This document shows, piece by piece, positions 13,089 to 27,066 of a DNA stretch of 64,000 nt. The stretch is from Proteromonas lacertae (lineage: Eukaryota). The stretch spans positions 62,001 through 126,000 of the forward strand of contig NGBS01000302.1 of assembly GCA_002245135.1 (NCBI GenBank), read 5' to 3'. The notes under the pieces were generated by a model. It saw only the letters and a program-made list of their open reading frames with translations, ran no database searches and was not told the DNA's origin. Numbering within the stretch: the first letter of the stretch is position 1; each line of letters starts with the position of its first letter. Both the position numbers and the translations under genes were made by a program.

Positions 13089-13210
13089 AATAAGAATTAA
13101 TTATTACTAATATATTGTTTCATTATCAATATAATCAAAAAACAATCATATTTATTAAATAATATAAGTAATGTAAAATTTGGAATTATTATTATTATTA
13201 TTTTCATTAT

Positions 13211-15857
13211 TTATATCTCTAATGGTTGATATTGTTGGATTTGTTCAGCTGTCATAGTTTTGGCTTTATATCGACTTGGTGGAATTGGTTTTATCATTGG
13301 ACGATCTAAAAATTCAATTGGAATTCGTTGGAATCGAGAAGCTTCAGGATTAAATTCGGGAGTTTGAATAAATGTTAAAAATAAGTGTTTTATTCGAGTT
13401 CTTAAACCCTCCAAATTTCGACCTAATCTTCCACGATTTAACATATCAGCTTCACGATCGATTAATTCCACCAATTCTCGAGTTAATTTTGTATCAAATT
13501 CTTTTATTGTCCATTTTATATGCAATAATATATCTAATCTTTCATCTATTGATTTCTTATTATCGCATAATCCAACATATAATTCTTTCAATTCACTAGC
13601 TCGTTTTGTATAAGGAGTTTCAATTGTGGCGATTTCATTATCTCCCATTGCCCATTTCTTATCATTTGACATTAAATCTAACATTCGATTAGTATTTTCT
13701 TCTTTGTTTTCTTTTGCAGCTTGACATTTTAATCGATCAATATTTTGTAATAATTGAGTTTCTTTGTATAATACTTGAGCTAATGCTTCTAATCTTTCTT
13801 TATCACCAAGACTACTCTCTTTTATACGCTTATTCTCATAATATCGCCAGTTTTCTAATTCATTATATAATATTTCAAAATCCTCAGTTGTTCGTGGATG
13901 CATTCTTCTCTCAATTTCACGATGTCTTTTCTGTTCAGCTCCATCATCTTCTTTTTGAATATTTTCATCTCGTTCTTTATTTATTCGATCTCTCTCAGCT
14001 CTTAATTCTTTTGCTCTTCGACAAGCTATGAATTTTCTCCAATATCTTTGAATTACAATTGTTTTCTCAAATTTTAATTCTTCTAATTGTTGTGCAGTAA
14101 AATAAGGACCAGGAACTATGATTTTATCTTCATCGATTATCAATATATAAATCTTTACGTTCCATCTGTGTTCCATGTTCTCGTTTTGATTGAATACTTC
14201 GAGTTTTAAATTCATATGTTTGAGTTTCTCGATGGCTTTTAGATGGTTGATTTGCCCAATCAGTTTTCATTCGAGGAGTATTGGTGCAAGCATCATGATA
14301 TTCTAAACCACTTTTCTTCTTTCGAAATCCTCCAATAAATGGCTTTCTAATTGTACAAGGAGTTACTTCAACATCAATCGCTTTAACAATTTCACCACAA
14401 TCTTTGATTTGAACTTTTAATGTATAATTTCCATTACTTAGTATTATTGGTGATGGAGGTTTTCGATCACCTTTCACTTCGATTATATATTGTCTTCTTA
14501 ATTCCATTCCTAAATCTATTGGACTTAGATCATCAGTTACTGTTATAGCTATTTAAATATATAAATATATATATATAATTAATAATGTATATAATTATAC
14601 AATTATAAACTAATTTTGAACCTTCCAACATCTTAAATTCTTCATCTACTTTTCTATGGATTATTGAAAATTTTATATTGATTGGAAATAGATAAGTTGC
14701 TACTATTTGACTTTTCATTTTTGGATCATGAATAAATGATAAACTAACACATTCTTGTTCATCACTATTGTTACTTATATTATATTCATCTTCTTCATAA
14801 TTTGAATCAATATAATCATTGTTATTCATATCATAGGGTTGAGTTTGTTCTTGAAATGTTTCTTCATTTGCTTCTTCTTCATTATCATCTTCAGAAGGTT
14901 GTTGTAAATAGATTAATTCTTCAGCTTCTTTTGTTGGAGCTACTGTATCATCATATTCATGCTCCTTCAGGTTGCTGTTCTTCTTCTTCTTGTTGTTGAA
15001 TATTTGTGGGTAAATCAACTGCTACTGTTGTTACTAAATCACCTTCTTTAGATTCCATTGGAGCAGCTGATGGAACTTCAACTAAGATTTGGTCTTCTTT
15101 AGATTCTTGTACTTCAGATGGAGGTTCTTCTACTGGCATTTCTTCTTTAGATTCTTCTTTACTTTCTTCCACTTGTTGTTGTGTTTCTTCAGCTGCTGGT
15201 TGTTCTTCTACTGGCTCTTCCTTTGTTTCTTCCTCTGGTGGTTGTTCTGTAATTACTTCTTCTTTAGATTCTTCAGCTTCTACTGCTGGAGTTTCTTCGG
15301 TTTCTGGTTGTTCTGTTGGTTGTTCTTCCTTTGACTCTTCAGTTACACCTTCCTTTGCTGGTAGTGGCTCTTCTTTAGTTTTTTCTGGATTTTCTATTGG
15401 TTCTTCCTTTGATTCTTCTATTGGAGCTTCTTCAGAAGGTGTTTCTTCTGATGGTGGCTGTTCTATTGGTTGTTCTTCTGATTGCTCATTTTCTTTACTC
15501 TCCGATTCTACAGCTGCTTCCTCTTTCGATTCTTCTATATTTTGGTTTTCACCTTCTTCTGTTTTTGGCTGTACTTCTTCTCTTTCATTATCTTCATTAT
15601 CACCTTCGGCTTCTTCAGTCTTAGCCCTCCTCTGCATCTTTTGTTTCATCTCTTTCCTTATATTCATTTATATTATTATTTTCTATATTTTCATTTTCAA
15701 TTGTGTTGTTTTCTGATTCCTTCACTTCTTCAGCTTCTTTTGATTCAGAATTATCTTCAGTTGGTTGTATATCTACATTTTCTGATTTACTTTCTTCTTC
15801 TGTATTGGGCTCTATATTTTCTGGATTATCTAAATTCTCTGTTTCCTCAGAATTCAT
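13211..15857 (-). CDS. IQUB: IQ and ubiquitin-like domain protein (ciliary radial-spoke IQUB/FAP253 family) with long acidic N-terminus
   Basis: KPFIGGFRKKKSGLEYHDA, RETQT, IQRYWR IQ motif, PRTTEDFEILYNELENWR, IDREADMLNRG, FIQTPEFNPEA; ORF pieces joined by indels and one intron. Confidence 0.9.
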
Positions 15858-15946
15858 TCAAAAAATTTAAAACGTTTTTAAGTTAAAAGGACAGTGTATT
15901 GTTTTGTATATTTGTATTATTTAATTTTCTTTTTTTCATTTTAGAT

Positions 15947-16567
15947 ATGAATAATGTTCGAATTGAAAGGCAAAACAATGTAATCAATGTATTAGGATTT
16001 AATAAAAATGATAAAGATATAGTAACAAAGAAGCACGTTGATTTTGTAGAATTTCTGAAAGAGATAATGAAAACACCATCGTCTAAAGAATCAAAACTAA
16101 AGCATTTACTTAATAAAAGCATATTTTCTTGCCCATGCCTTACTATACAAAAATTATTAAAGAATATACTGAAAGGGCATAACTCTCAATCAATAAAATC
16201 AGAATTATACAATCTATTCCAAAATAAAGAGTTTAGAAGTAATATAAATTGTAAGTGTGGAGATGATCAAGTAATTTATGATTTACAAGAAAAGTATAAC
16301 AAATTACGAATATTAGAAGGTGAAAAATCTAATTTAATAAATGAAGCAATGGAAGATCCATATATTCAAGAATTATTGAATAGAGAACAGTATATATTAA
16401 CAATTGAGAGTAATTTAAAGCTATTTAATGGTAATCCGAATGATATAAGAGATGTTTATAAATGTATAATATGTACACTATCTATTTGAATAGATCATTT
16501 AATAAAAAATCAATTTTCTCATTTATTCTCTGGTGAGCCAATTAAACTTAATACTAATTGTATTTAA
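15947..16567 (+). CDS. Hypothetical protein
   Basis: About 180-aa open frame plus short last exon after a GT-AG intron; no recognised motif. Confidence 0.55.
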
Positions 16568-16614
16568 ATTATTGTCTTAAATATAACAATACAAAAAACA
16601 AAGCAATAAATTAG

Positions 16615-17575
16615 TTACAAAGCATATTTCTTTTTTGTGGCATCATATCCATCAACTAATCGTTTCTGTTTCTCACATTGGCCTAAAACCCATTCATATT
16701 CACCATTAATCATATCCATATAACCAGTCTGTAACCACTTGAACTTCATTGTAAATTGTGGACCTAATTCTTGTAAACGAGCTTTCTTTTGATTTTCAAA
16801 TATATATCTATGATGTCTTACAAATATAAAATCTCTTTGATTATGAAATGTAACTACTCTTCTTCCTTCAAACTCAGGATTATGTGGAAATAAAGATCCT
16901 AAGAATCTGCTAAGTCTATCACCTAATCTAGTGACGAAATTAGTGCAAATTATTTCAGGCAAATGTTCTGTAGGGTTTCCATGATTGGGTATTTTGCTTG
17001 GATCTTTAAAACTGGTAATTCGGAAAAATGCAGTTGGTCCTACACCAATATGTGATATAATCATTCCATCAAGCTTTTTATTTGTCTCATGAACTACTAT
17101 TAGATGTGTAAAGTCTTCTTCCATTGCATACTTTGAAATTTCTTGAAGAGTATAGTTTCTTCTTCTGTAGTAATATGAATTTGGAATCATGAGCATAAGT
17201 TCATTTATAAAAAGATGTAGAATTCTGGATGGTCTTGGTCTTGTTGTGATTATTATTTTTGGTGTTTTAGTTCCATTAAAATATTCTGAAAATTCATCAT
17301 CAGCATGATCAGCAATAATTTCTTCATCATCTACAACAACATCTGTTTCATCTTTTACTCTCATTGATTCTATTGTTTTAGGTTTCTATAGAATTCTATA
17401 GATATGATTATCATACTTGTACTGGTGGAGCATCTGGTCCTAATTCTTCTCTTTCTCTCTTTCTTTTCACTTTTGCTTCTTTCTTTTGTTTATTTTTTTC
17501 TCTTTTCACCTTGTTCCATATCTCTTGTCTTTTTTTCTTGTTTAATATATCGTTTAAACTGATTCTTTCACTCAT
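16615..17575 (-). CDS. RPF1: Ribosome production factor 1 (Brix domain)
   Basis: PKIIITT, GPTAFF, HGNPTEHLPE, VVTFHNQRDFIFVRHHRY, LQELGPQFT. Confidence 0.93.
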
Positions 17576-17677
17576 TATTGAAAGAAATGTAAAAAAAGCT
17601 TGACTTAATCAAATAAAGTTAGTGAGTAACGACTATATTTTTCATTTTTTGTTTTGTGTAAACTATTTTTATAGAAG

Positions 17678-18372
17678 ATGAGTTTTTTCGGTTTTCATAA
17701 AAAGGAACAGCCTGTACCTGAAGTTAAAGAAGAACCTAAACCTTTTGACCAAGAAGCCTACAACAAAAGAATCAGTGATATGGACACTAGATGTAAAGAT
17801 TTAGAGATGCAAATAAATCAAGCTAATACAAGGCTTCAACAATTATCAGAAGAATATTTAGCAGCTCCAACACCTTTTATGAAGAAAATGAAGAAAGACG
17901 AAGCAGCTCGTGTATTTTATTACATTAATTTTATTCAACTTAGGTGTATCAAAATAAAAAAATGCTTGAAAATTCTTATAATACAATGTTTAGACAATAC
18001 AACAGTTTAGTAAGGATTAATCAAAATGTGAATATCGTAGAAACTCATATAGCTAGTGCTGAAGCTATGAAAAATGCTGTTGAAGCTATGAAAGATAAAA
18101 CAAAAGTATTGTTATATTTTTTCATTAAATAGACATTAAATGTAAAAAGTTTAGCAGATTTGGCTGATCAATATGATGATTTACAAGATGAGGTTGATGA
18201 TTTGGATGATATGATGGGTGATATGAATGAAGGATTAGATTATGAAGATGACTTGGCTTTTGAAAGTGAGTTCAATCAAATAATGAATATTCCAACTGGG
18301 CAACCACTTCAACAACCACCAATTCAACAGCAATATCAACCTCAAATTCAGCCACCTTCCCAATTTCCTTAA
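17678..18372 (+). CDS. Snf7-family ESCRT-III (CHMP4/CHMP5-like) protein
   Basis: MSFFG start, basic helical N-terminal half (A.R...KK.LE), acidic C-terminal half; two GT-AG introns. Confidence 0.7.
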
Positions 18373-18520
18373 TTTTTGTTATTTGTAGCTATTTTTATAT
18401 ATATTAATTTTATTTTATTGATATTATTTTTGTTAATACCTTATAGTTATGTAAATATAAAAAATCAAACATTCAAGCTTAAAAAATATATTCGTTTCAT
18501 ATTCATAATAGATTTTAATA

Positions 18521-19376
18521 ATGGACAAAATAAAGGCTAAGCGGAAATTAAGACAGGAAAAACAAAAAGAAAAAAAGTATATTCTGCATAATTGATTTGT
18601 TTAGAAAGAAATTAAAGAGTGAAGGCAGATATGAACCAAAGAACAATATCAAAAGAAGTTATATACATCCCAATAAAACGTATTTTCATATATTTTATAT
18701 ATCTAGCTGAAATAAAAGAGGAAAAAGTAGAAGACAATAAAAATGAAAATACTAAAAGTGAATCTGTTGATATAATCCTTCCACATGTATTAAAAAGTCT
18801 TTTATCTACAATTTTATTTTTATATTTACTAGAATGAATTCTACAGAGATATAGTCTTGAAATTAAGAGATGATAAAAATTCGAATGAAAAAGAATGATT
18901 TTGTAGTTTATTTTTATTCTTATGTAACAACACTAATATTAGATTATATAAATGAAAATAAAGTATTCCAACAGAATATGTATTTCTTATTATGTTTTTA
19001 TTCATTGAATAGAAAATGGAATGGTATAATGAAATAGAAAAATGGATTAGTCATATGAATAAATTAGTTGAATCAAAGCAATTTCCAGAAGAAAGATTAA
19101 AGAAATTGTATGTAATAATAACATATATGTTAGAAGGAAAGTATGTAAAAGCTGAACAGAAATATTTGGATTTAAATGTAGGAATAAGTTATGAAGGAAC
19201 TACTTCTGAGTCAATTATTATTAATGATAAGAGATCCGATGGATTGAAGTTGCTGCCTGCAGATGATATTCGTAATATGATGTTTGTATGATAGATTATT
19301 GTAATATACATTTTCATAGAGTATTAAAAGAATAATGACATTTTGGAAAGCAATAATATTTCCAGAATTTGGTTAA
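18521..19376 (+). CDS. Divergent Prp18-like second-step splicing factor
   Basis: LYVIITYMLEGKYVKAEQKYLDLNVG and DDIRNMMFSIKRIMTF resemble the Prp18 helical bundle. Confidence 0.6.
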
Positions 19377-19674
19377 TTTGCTTTAATATTTATTATAAAG
19401 TGTATAATTTTTGAAAATATTGTAATTGAGAGATTTTGTTGTTAAAAAATATATTTATTGTGTTCAATTGCATTAGTATTGTTGTTTAACCCGATATTGT
19501 GCTTATATTGATTTTATTTATAAAGATATATGGTTTTATTTAAATTTAATTTGATCAAACATACAGCTTGATCTTTTAGTTTTTTTCATTTCTTTTTTTG
19601 AAGCATGTATGTATCTATTTGCTTTATAAATTCAACCAACAATATATTTATATGTAATAGAAAGAATAAAGAAG

Positions 19675-20199
19675 ATGGCAGACGATACAGCAGTTAATGA
19701 TATGGAAGTTACTCAAGACGAAAATGAGGCTGGTGAAACTAGCAGTATAATGCATATTTCTATATTTTAAAACAGAAAAGGGAAGAGGATTCACTTCAAA
19801 TTTGATTAATGAAAGAAATAAAAGATATGAAGGAAAGAGTGGTGTTTTTGATATGTTAGATGATAAAGGTTCAGGTCCAGCTAGATATATCTTTTTAAAT
19901 AGATTATTTGTTTAATTGTCTTTAACTTTTTTTTAGCTGTAGAAGGATATATTCTAATTGTTACAGGAGTTCATGAAGAAGCTCAAGAAGAGGATATAAT
20001 TGATACATTTTCTGAATATGGAGATATAAAGAATATATCGTGTAATTTAGATCGAAGATCTGGATATATGAAAGATTATTGTCTAGTGGAATATGAACGT
20101 AAAAATGAAGCAGAAAAAGCTATAGAAGAAATGAATGACCAAGAATTGTTAGGTAAGAAAATTAAAGTGACATGGGCATTTAAAAAGCCTAGAAATTAG
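19675..20199 (+). CDS. RBM8A: Exon junction complex RRM protein Y14
   Basis: [51 protein letters not shown]; needs a GT-AG intron and the AT-AG intron 19887-19936. Confidence 0.95.
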
Positions 20200-20289
20200 A
20201 ATAATAATAATTATTATTATATATTGTTGTAAAGATCAATAAAATAAAAATAAAAATATCAATTTTTCAATAATATTATAATCTCTCTT

Positions 20290-21974
20290 TTAATGATTGT
20301 AGTATATTCTAAGATTCTTGTCCATTGAAGTAGTAGCAAAATATTTACAATCATTTCCAAATGAAAGTCCCGTAATTGGTTGTGTATTGTCATCAAATGT
20401 CTTTACAATTTGACATAATTCCTCCTTCTTACTACTATTCATTTTAAATAATCTCACATCTTTTCCACCAACCAATAGATATTCTCCACTACGATCATAC
20501 TTTACAGCTGTTACTTCACCTTCTCCACTAAGTGTTTTAATTACTTGACATTTTCTTAAATCCCATATCTTCACAGTTTCATCAAGTGATCCTGTAACCA
20601 TATGATAGCCATTTTCACTAAATGTAATTCCTGTTATATCTTTACTATGACCTTCAAATGTGAGTGCTTTCTCTGCTTTTCGTATATCAAATATAGATGC
20701 TTTGCCTGTAGTATAACCAAATGCTAATAATACACCATCTGGATGAAACATAGGTGAAGTATAAGTAGAGTAGATTAAATCTTCTTCATTATGTTTATCA
20801 TTATTATCGAATTTATGAATACACTTTACATTTTCAATGTCATTAAAGCACCAAGTATTATCTTTAGAATTACTAACGAAATATCTTTGTAATGGATGGA
20901 TTGTTAAACCATATACTTCATCAGTATGACATGCTAATATATTGCTTTTATAAGTCTTTGCATTGTTAGTTGGAGTCCAAATTCTAATCATTTTATCAGC
21001 TGAAGATGATAATATTATATTATTCAATGCAAATAATACACTGGTTATTTGTTTAGAATGTCCTTTCAAGGTTGCTATTACTTTACCTTCATTTCTATTG
21101 AATAGTTTTATTTCGTGATCAATTCCTCCTGTTAAGATTTCATTATCATTATTTGGATTAATATCTATACAGGTTATTCCTACTTTATTGGATTTGTGTA
21201 TTGCATAACTATCTTTACAGATAAATTCCTTTAAACTGTCAATTGGTTCTAAGGATTCTGGTATTTGTCTATTCTTTCTTGTTTTGTATAATTCTTTTGA
21301 TAAATCATCAACTTCTTGTTTGATTTTTGATCCAATTGCACATTCAGGTTCTGCAGCACCTTCTTCTTCTTCTTCCATATTATTATTGTTATTAGTTGAT
21401 GATATACCACCTGTTGCATGTAAATTAGCTAATTCTTGTCTGGCTTCATCTCTCTCTTTTATTAGACGAGCTATTACACGACAAGCAGCATCATATTGAT
21501 AAAGTGCCTGAGATAATTCTTGACGGACATTGTCTAAATGTTTCTTTAATGTGAATGATTCCATCATTAAAGCATCCCATTCATTTTGAAATGCTTTTAA
21601 CATACCAGGAATTGATCCTTCAGGGGTAGTTCTTGGATTTACTGCTTTATTTACTATAATCAATAAAAACAAAAGAAATACATTGAACTGGAATTAAATC
21701 TTCTTTTGTTAATGGTTCTCCTGTAATTGGACATTTATTTTCTGCTTCAATATGTCTATATAAAATAAACAATAAAAATGTAGGTAATACTTTTCTATCA
21801 AGCTTCTTTCAAATAGATAGCCTGATTTAGCTGATATAACTGGATTAACTGGTATTTGACCGGAGACTATACAACAATAAGAATATGTAAAATGAAAGTT
21901 ATTGAGAATTTAAAAAACTTTAAATGCAAGAAGAAGATAAGAAATAGTTGTAATTATATACTTGCACAAAACAT
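20290..21974 (-). CDS. PRP19: Pre-mRNA processing factor 19 (U-box, coiled coil, WD40)
   Basis: MFCAISGQIPVNPVIS U-box across three introns, SIPGMLKAFQNEWDALM, RQELSQALYQYDAACRVIARL, WD40 repeats. Confidence 0.97.
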
Positions 21975-22111
21975 CTTCCTGGTTTAAAAGAAATGACAAA
22001 AAATGTGAAAAATGATTTGACTTGATCTGAGGCTTGATTGTTCAAACAATAATCAAGCCAATTAATTTAAACTTCAAATAAAACAATGAAAATACTAGAT
22101 AAATGTATATA

Positions 22112-25100
22112 TTATTCGATCTGTAAATCAGTAATGAAATTTAATTTTAATTTATAGGAAGCTATATCCTTTTTAGAAAGGTCATTATCTATTCTCAAAT
22201 TATAGAAAGAAATATATATACTTTTAATATACAAAGAGTGAAGTCGAGTTAGTTGAGACATATTCTCTACTATCAACTTCGCACCTTTCACACCAATATG
22301 ATTATTGTTTAAATTAAGTAATTGAATCTCAGGCAAAGAATTCAATCCTTCTAAAATATACTTCATACTATCATTAGTTAAATTATTATTACACAAAATC
22401 AACTGACTGATTAAAGGTGTATTTACAAACTCAGTTGATATACATTTCACACATTTACTGTCTATTTCATTATTAGATAAATCTAAATAACGTAGATTTG
22501 GGATTGTAACTAAGTTAGAAGCTAGTATTTGAATTTCATCCACTTTCATTTTGATATTTGAAAAAGTGATTGATTGTAATTTTGGAAGTGAAATGAAACT
22601 GTTACAAATGAAAGTTAACATTTGAGTTGTATAGTTTTGATCTAATAAAAAAATAAAACAGTAGATGTTTATACTTGAATAATTCACACTTTCTATATTC
22701 TTCAATAAAGGTAATTTATCTGTTATATACTTTATTTCATCCACTCTCAATGTACAATTAGAAAAATTGAGTGAATGATCATTCTTTATACTGTTGAAAT
22801 ACTTTTCATGTGTTTCATTTGAGAAATGTATTTCTGATTTTAAGGAAGGTTTTGTTGTTGGAAATTCCATTATAATATTCAATAGCAAGAATAATAGATG
22901 TTCAGAATGAAAGTTGTTATACTCAGAAACTAGATTACTTCTTTTTATAAATTCTATTTATAATATAATAATATATGATTATAATTAAATATACCATCAA
23001 CATCTATTTCTCTAAATGATGTAACAATTTGTTTTATGTAATTCACATTAATACAAACCAAATATAAGAAGATTCTTGTGAATTTTGGATCTGTAGAATT
23101 CAACAATATATTCTCTACATCTTTTATTTCTAACTTCTTTATTTCATTTACTATTCAAAAAAATATCACAATGAAGAATATACTATCAAATTGATAATAA
23201 TGTGTGGATGTATAATACTTCAATAACACAGAATACATAAACGAATTTAAATGTGAACATAAGTTGAATAACACATATAAATTTGGTATTTTATCAATCT
23301 GTTTCTTCAAATATTTAATTCCTTCTGGATATACATCATCATAACAGAAGAACAGATTCTGTAGATTTGGTAATAAATCAATATTCTTACATATATACTT
23401 TACACCTTTTTTACCAATACAAACACCACTTAAATCAATAGCATATTCACTTCTAATGCTGAAGAATATTTTCTGTTGAATTTCATTTTCATTAAAGTCA
23501 ATTTGAGTATGTATAAATTCAAATGCAATTGGATAATCTAAACACAAATTCACTAATAAGAAGAACAATTTATCATTATTCTCATTATTGTATAATTTGA
23601 TGATAATTCCTAGTAAATCTGATAGTTTTATTGTAATAAATGAATCAATAATTGACTGCAATTCTCTAATGTTTACACACATTAAATATAGATAAATTTT
23701 GATTAATCGATCATCTGTGGAATATAAAAAAACTTTCTCACAATCTGTTATTTCTAATTTCTTTATTTCCCTCTCATTATATTCACATGAATCTGAGTAG
23801 TAATACTTTATTAATATCTTGTAAATATCTGTTGAAAGATTTGAACATAATTTGAATTTACTGTGGATATTTGGCAGTTTCTTTATATTCTTCGATAAAT
23901 ACTTTATACTATCTTCATTTATATCCTCTTCTATCAACATTATTAAACATAATTCATATATATATATATATACCATTGAGATACAAATTCTCTAATTTTG
24001 GAATAAAATTTAAATGATCACAAATAAAATGAATTCCTTCAATTCCAACTTTCACATTTCTATAATCCAAAGTATAATTCTCTCTTACACCTTTCATTAT
24101 CATCTTATGTAAATCATTCTTAAACTCTAATAAACACATTATATAACCGAAATAATCATAATATTCCATGGATATGTTGAGGAATAAAGATAATAATTCT
24201 TCTAAATCATGTGAATTATAAACAGTTGCTAATTGATTTAATACACCTAATAGAAAGAATATAACTAAAAATATATGATACTTTCAATCGGAAGTGTATT
24301 AAAACTATCAAATATTTCTTTAATATCAACAATATGAACACATAACACATAGTAATATATTCTTGTGAAATTCTCATCTGTACAATTTAAAAATACATTT
24401 TCAACATCTTCTACAGGTAATTCAAGTATTTCTTTAGTCTCATATTTGAAGAAATTGTCAGAATAGTAGTACTTTAATAATATTTCAACTTGTTTAGTAT
24501 GTGCGTATTTAGCTATTTTGTATAAATGATATAAGTTTGGAATATGTTCTATATTCAATCTGAGTGATTTATAGCCATGATGACCAAATGTATTATCTAA
24601 TCAATATAATAATGAAATAAAAACATATAAATATATAAATACGAAACAAATCCAAATACTGCAATTGTGTTAATGGATATAGATTATCACATAATATCTC
24701 TATTCCACTTGATCCAATCTCATTTGATTGTAAATATAATGTCTTTAAGCGAGGAATTAATTCAAATGAATTTGATAAATATTTTATACCTTCTGATTCT
24801 ATTTTATTGTCATTCAAATTCAAATGAAGTAGATTTGGTATATTTGATAAACTTTTACTAAATAGCTTCATATCTCCTTTTACTATTTCATTTCCACAAA
24901 GATTCAGTGTTTGTAATGAAAACACTGATGATAAATTGGCTGATAAGTATTCAATACCAAAACTACCTATTTTACATCCTGTCAAATCTATTTCTATTAT
25001 ATTCGGTTCTAGCTGCAAATTACATAATAATTGATGAATTCCATAATCACTTAGATTATTATCTATAATATAATGATATTATAAGTTATATATACTTATA

Positions 25101-26932
25101 AATCTCAATATTGTGATATTGTACATCAAATGGAATATACTCAACAATTGATTTATTGATTTCTCATTCCAATTTACTTCCCAAAATGAAAATCCTTTGA
25201 ATGGTTTAACTACTTCCATATGTTTACGAAATAAAGTCAATAACTTCAATATATCAGTATGATCGATATTATTTATTGTCTTATAATCACTATTAAAATC
25301 ACAAATAACAGTATCTATTAAATGAAACGAATATATATTATACTATAAAATGATAAAACATCAACATGTTTTACTAATTCCAATGTATCAATGAAATCTT
25401 CATTCTGTAGTTTTATGGAAGAGAATCTAAACTCTGGTAATGGAGGTAATAATGGTAAAGATGATGAAACAGTATTTCTGTCATAAGTTTCACCTAAACA
25501 AAGATTAATTGATTGAATATATATATTTATATATACTTGTAATTGTGAATGAATCATTTGGTATTATTCCATTGAATAAATACATATATGTATGATTATT
25601 TTGTATAATGTTATATAACTGATTATATAAATCTGGATTGTAATAGTATAGAGACAATAATAAGCTAAATAGTTTTGAGTTGTTTAGAATGTTGTTGGAA
25701 ATATTCGAATAATTCATTCTCTAGAGATTTGTTGGAGTATAAATAGTCGATTACTAGATAATTATATCTAACATTACATAAACTATTTACAACTTTTTCT
25801 TTTAATTCATTTGGAAAATTTGATACTATTTCATAATAAATAACCATAATATATATATACATTTAATTTTCAATATTTAATGACAATAATACAAATGTAG
25901 TAATATCAACCACTTTCTGATCAGCTGATGAATATAACCATTGAATATATGAACTAATATTATATTTCTGTAGTTCTTTCATATCTTCGGGTTGTAATAT
26001 TAATATTTCATCATTTTTATAATAATATTTCAGCAAAACTGCATTTAATCCTTCATCAGATGTTAAAACTAAATAAAAACATATATCAATAGATTTCTTA
26101 TACATAATGTGTTTTGCTCTAGAGTAGAAGATATAATATCATTTTTTGTCACTAACTTAAGTGCCTCAGAATCAATTAACTCTTCAGTTTTTACTTTTGA
26201 CCAATCAATTTGCTTTAAATATTCTGTATAAAATTCTTCCAATTGTGTTATATGCATTTCCCTTTCTATATGAGCATATGCATAATTGAAGTAATATAAT
26301 AATTGATTCAAGAAAAATGTTTCATTTGTTACACTATCATGAGCTACACTTACCATTGTCTTCAATTCTTCAAGATTATAGTTAATTATGTTTGTCGAAT
26401 TTAATACTTCTGTTATATTAGTTTGGATAAATTTGTCTATTGCTAAATGAAGATCTTTAACCATAGGACAAGACAAATATTCTTTATAATCAAGATATTG
26501 GTTGAAAGTAGCTAACGTAAGATTATCTTTCATATATCTATCATTATAGCAAGACATAATTATACTTTTGAATATCATGACATAATTCTTTGTCATTCAG
26601 TGCAATTGAGGTAATTAATGCATCCATCATATTATCTGGATTTATATCTGCATTACCATATCCATAATATCTAAACATTACATTTATTCCATTCACAGTC
26701 ACAATATCAGGTAATTCAATTGCTAAACCTGCTAATGGATCATTAATAAGTCTATCAAGTATTGCATTTTGTGCTGATAAGATTGATTTAACACCTTGAA
26801 CTCTTGTTCCCTTCACTATAAAAATAACGTCTCCTTTTCCTTTATTAACAAGATCAATTATAATTCTACATATAGAAATATCACATTATACCCTTGAGAT
26901 GGTATTTTCTTTGATAGCTTCATTGGCATCAT
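22112..26932 (-). CDS. BTB/POZ(-BACK) plus RI-type LRR modular protein
   Basis: GDVIFIVKGTRVQGVKSILSAQN BTB start; LRR blocks at about 24600-25000 and 22200-22780; internal repeats such as LLKYYYS..EIK.L.I.DVE. Confidence 0.7.
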
Positions 26933-27066
26933 TAGATCTTTTATTTTATAAAAATATATTCGTTTCATATGTATAACTGAATTGTCTTTATTTCAATTTT
27001 ATTATCTTTTAAAGAAAAAATTTCTTAACAAATCAAAAAAAAACATAAATAAATACTACAATTAAT

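Noticed and set aside
15006..15886. Long Ser-rich and Phe/Leu-rich plus-strand ORFs
   Set aside because: Antisense shadows of the Glu-rich IQUB N-terminus (GAA repeats read as TCT/TTC/CTT)
21870..21961. Longer first intron of PRP19 as a snoRNA host
   Set aside because: Pyrimidine-rich with no C/D boxes or clear hairpins
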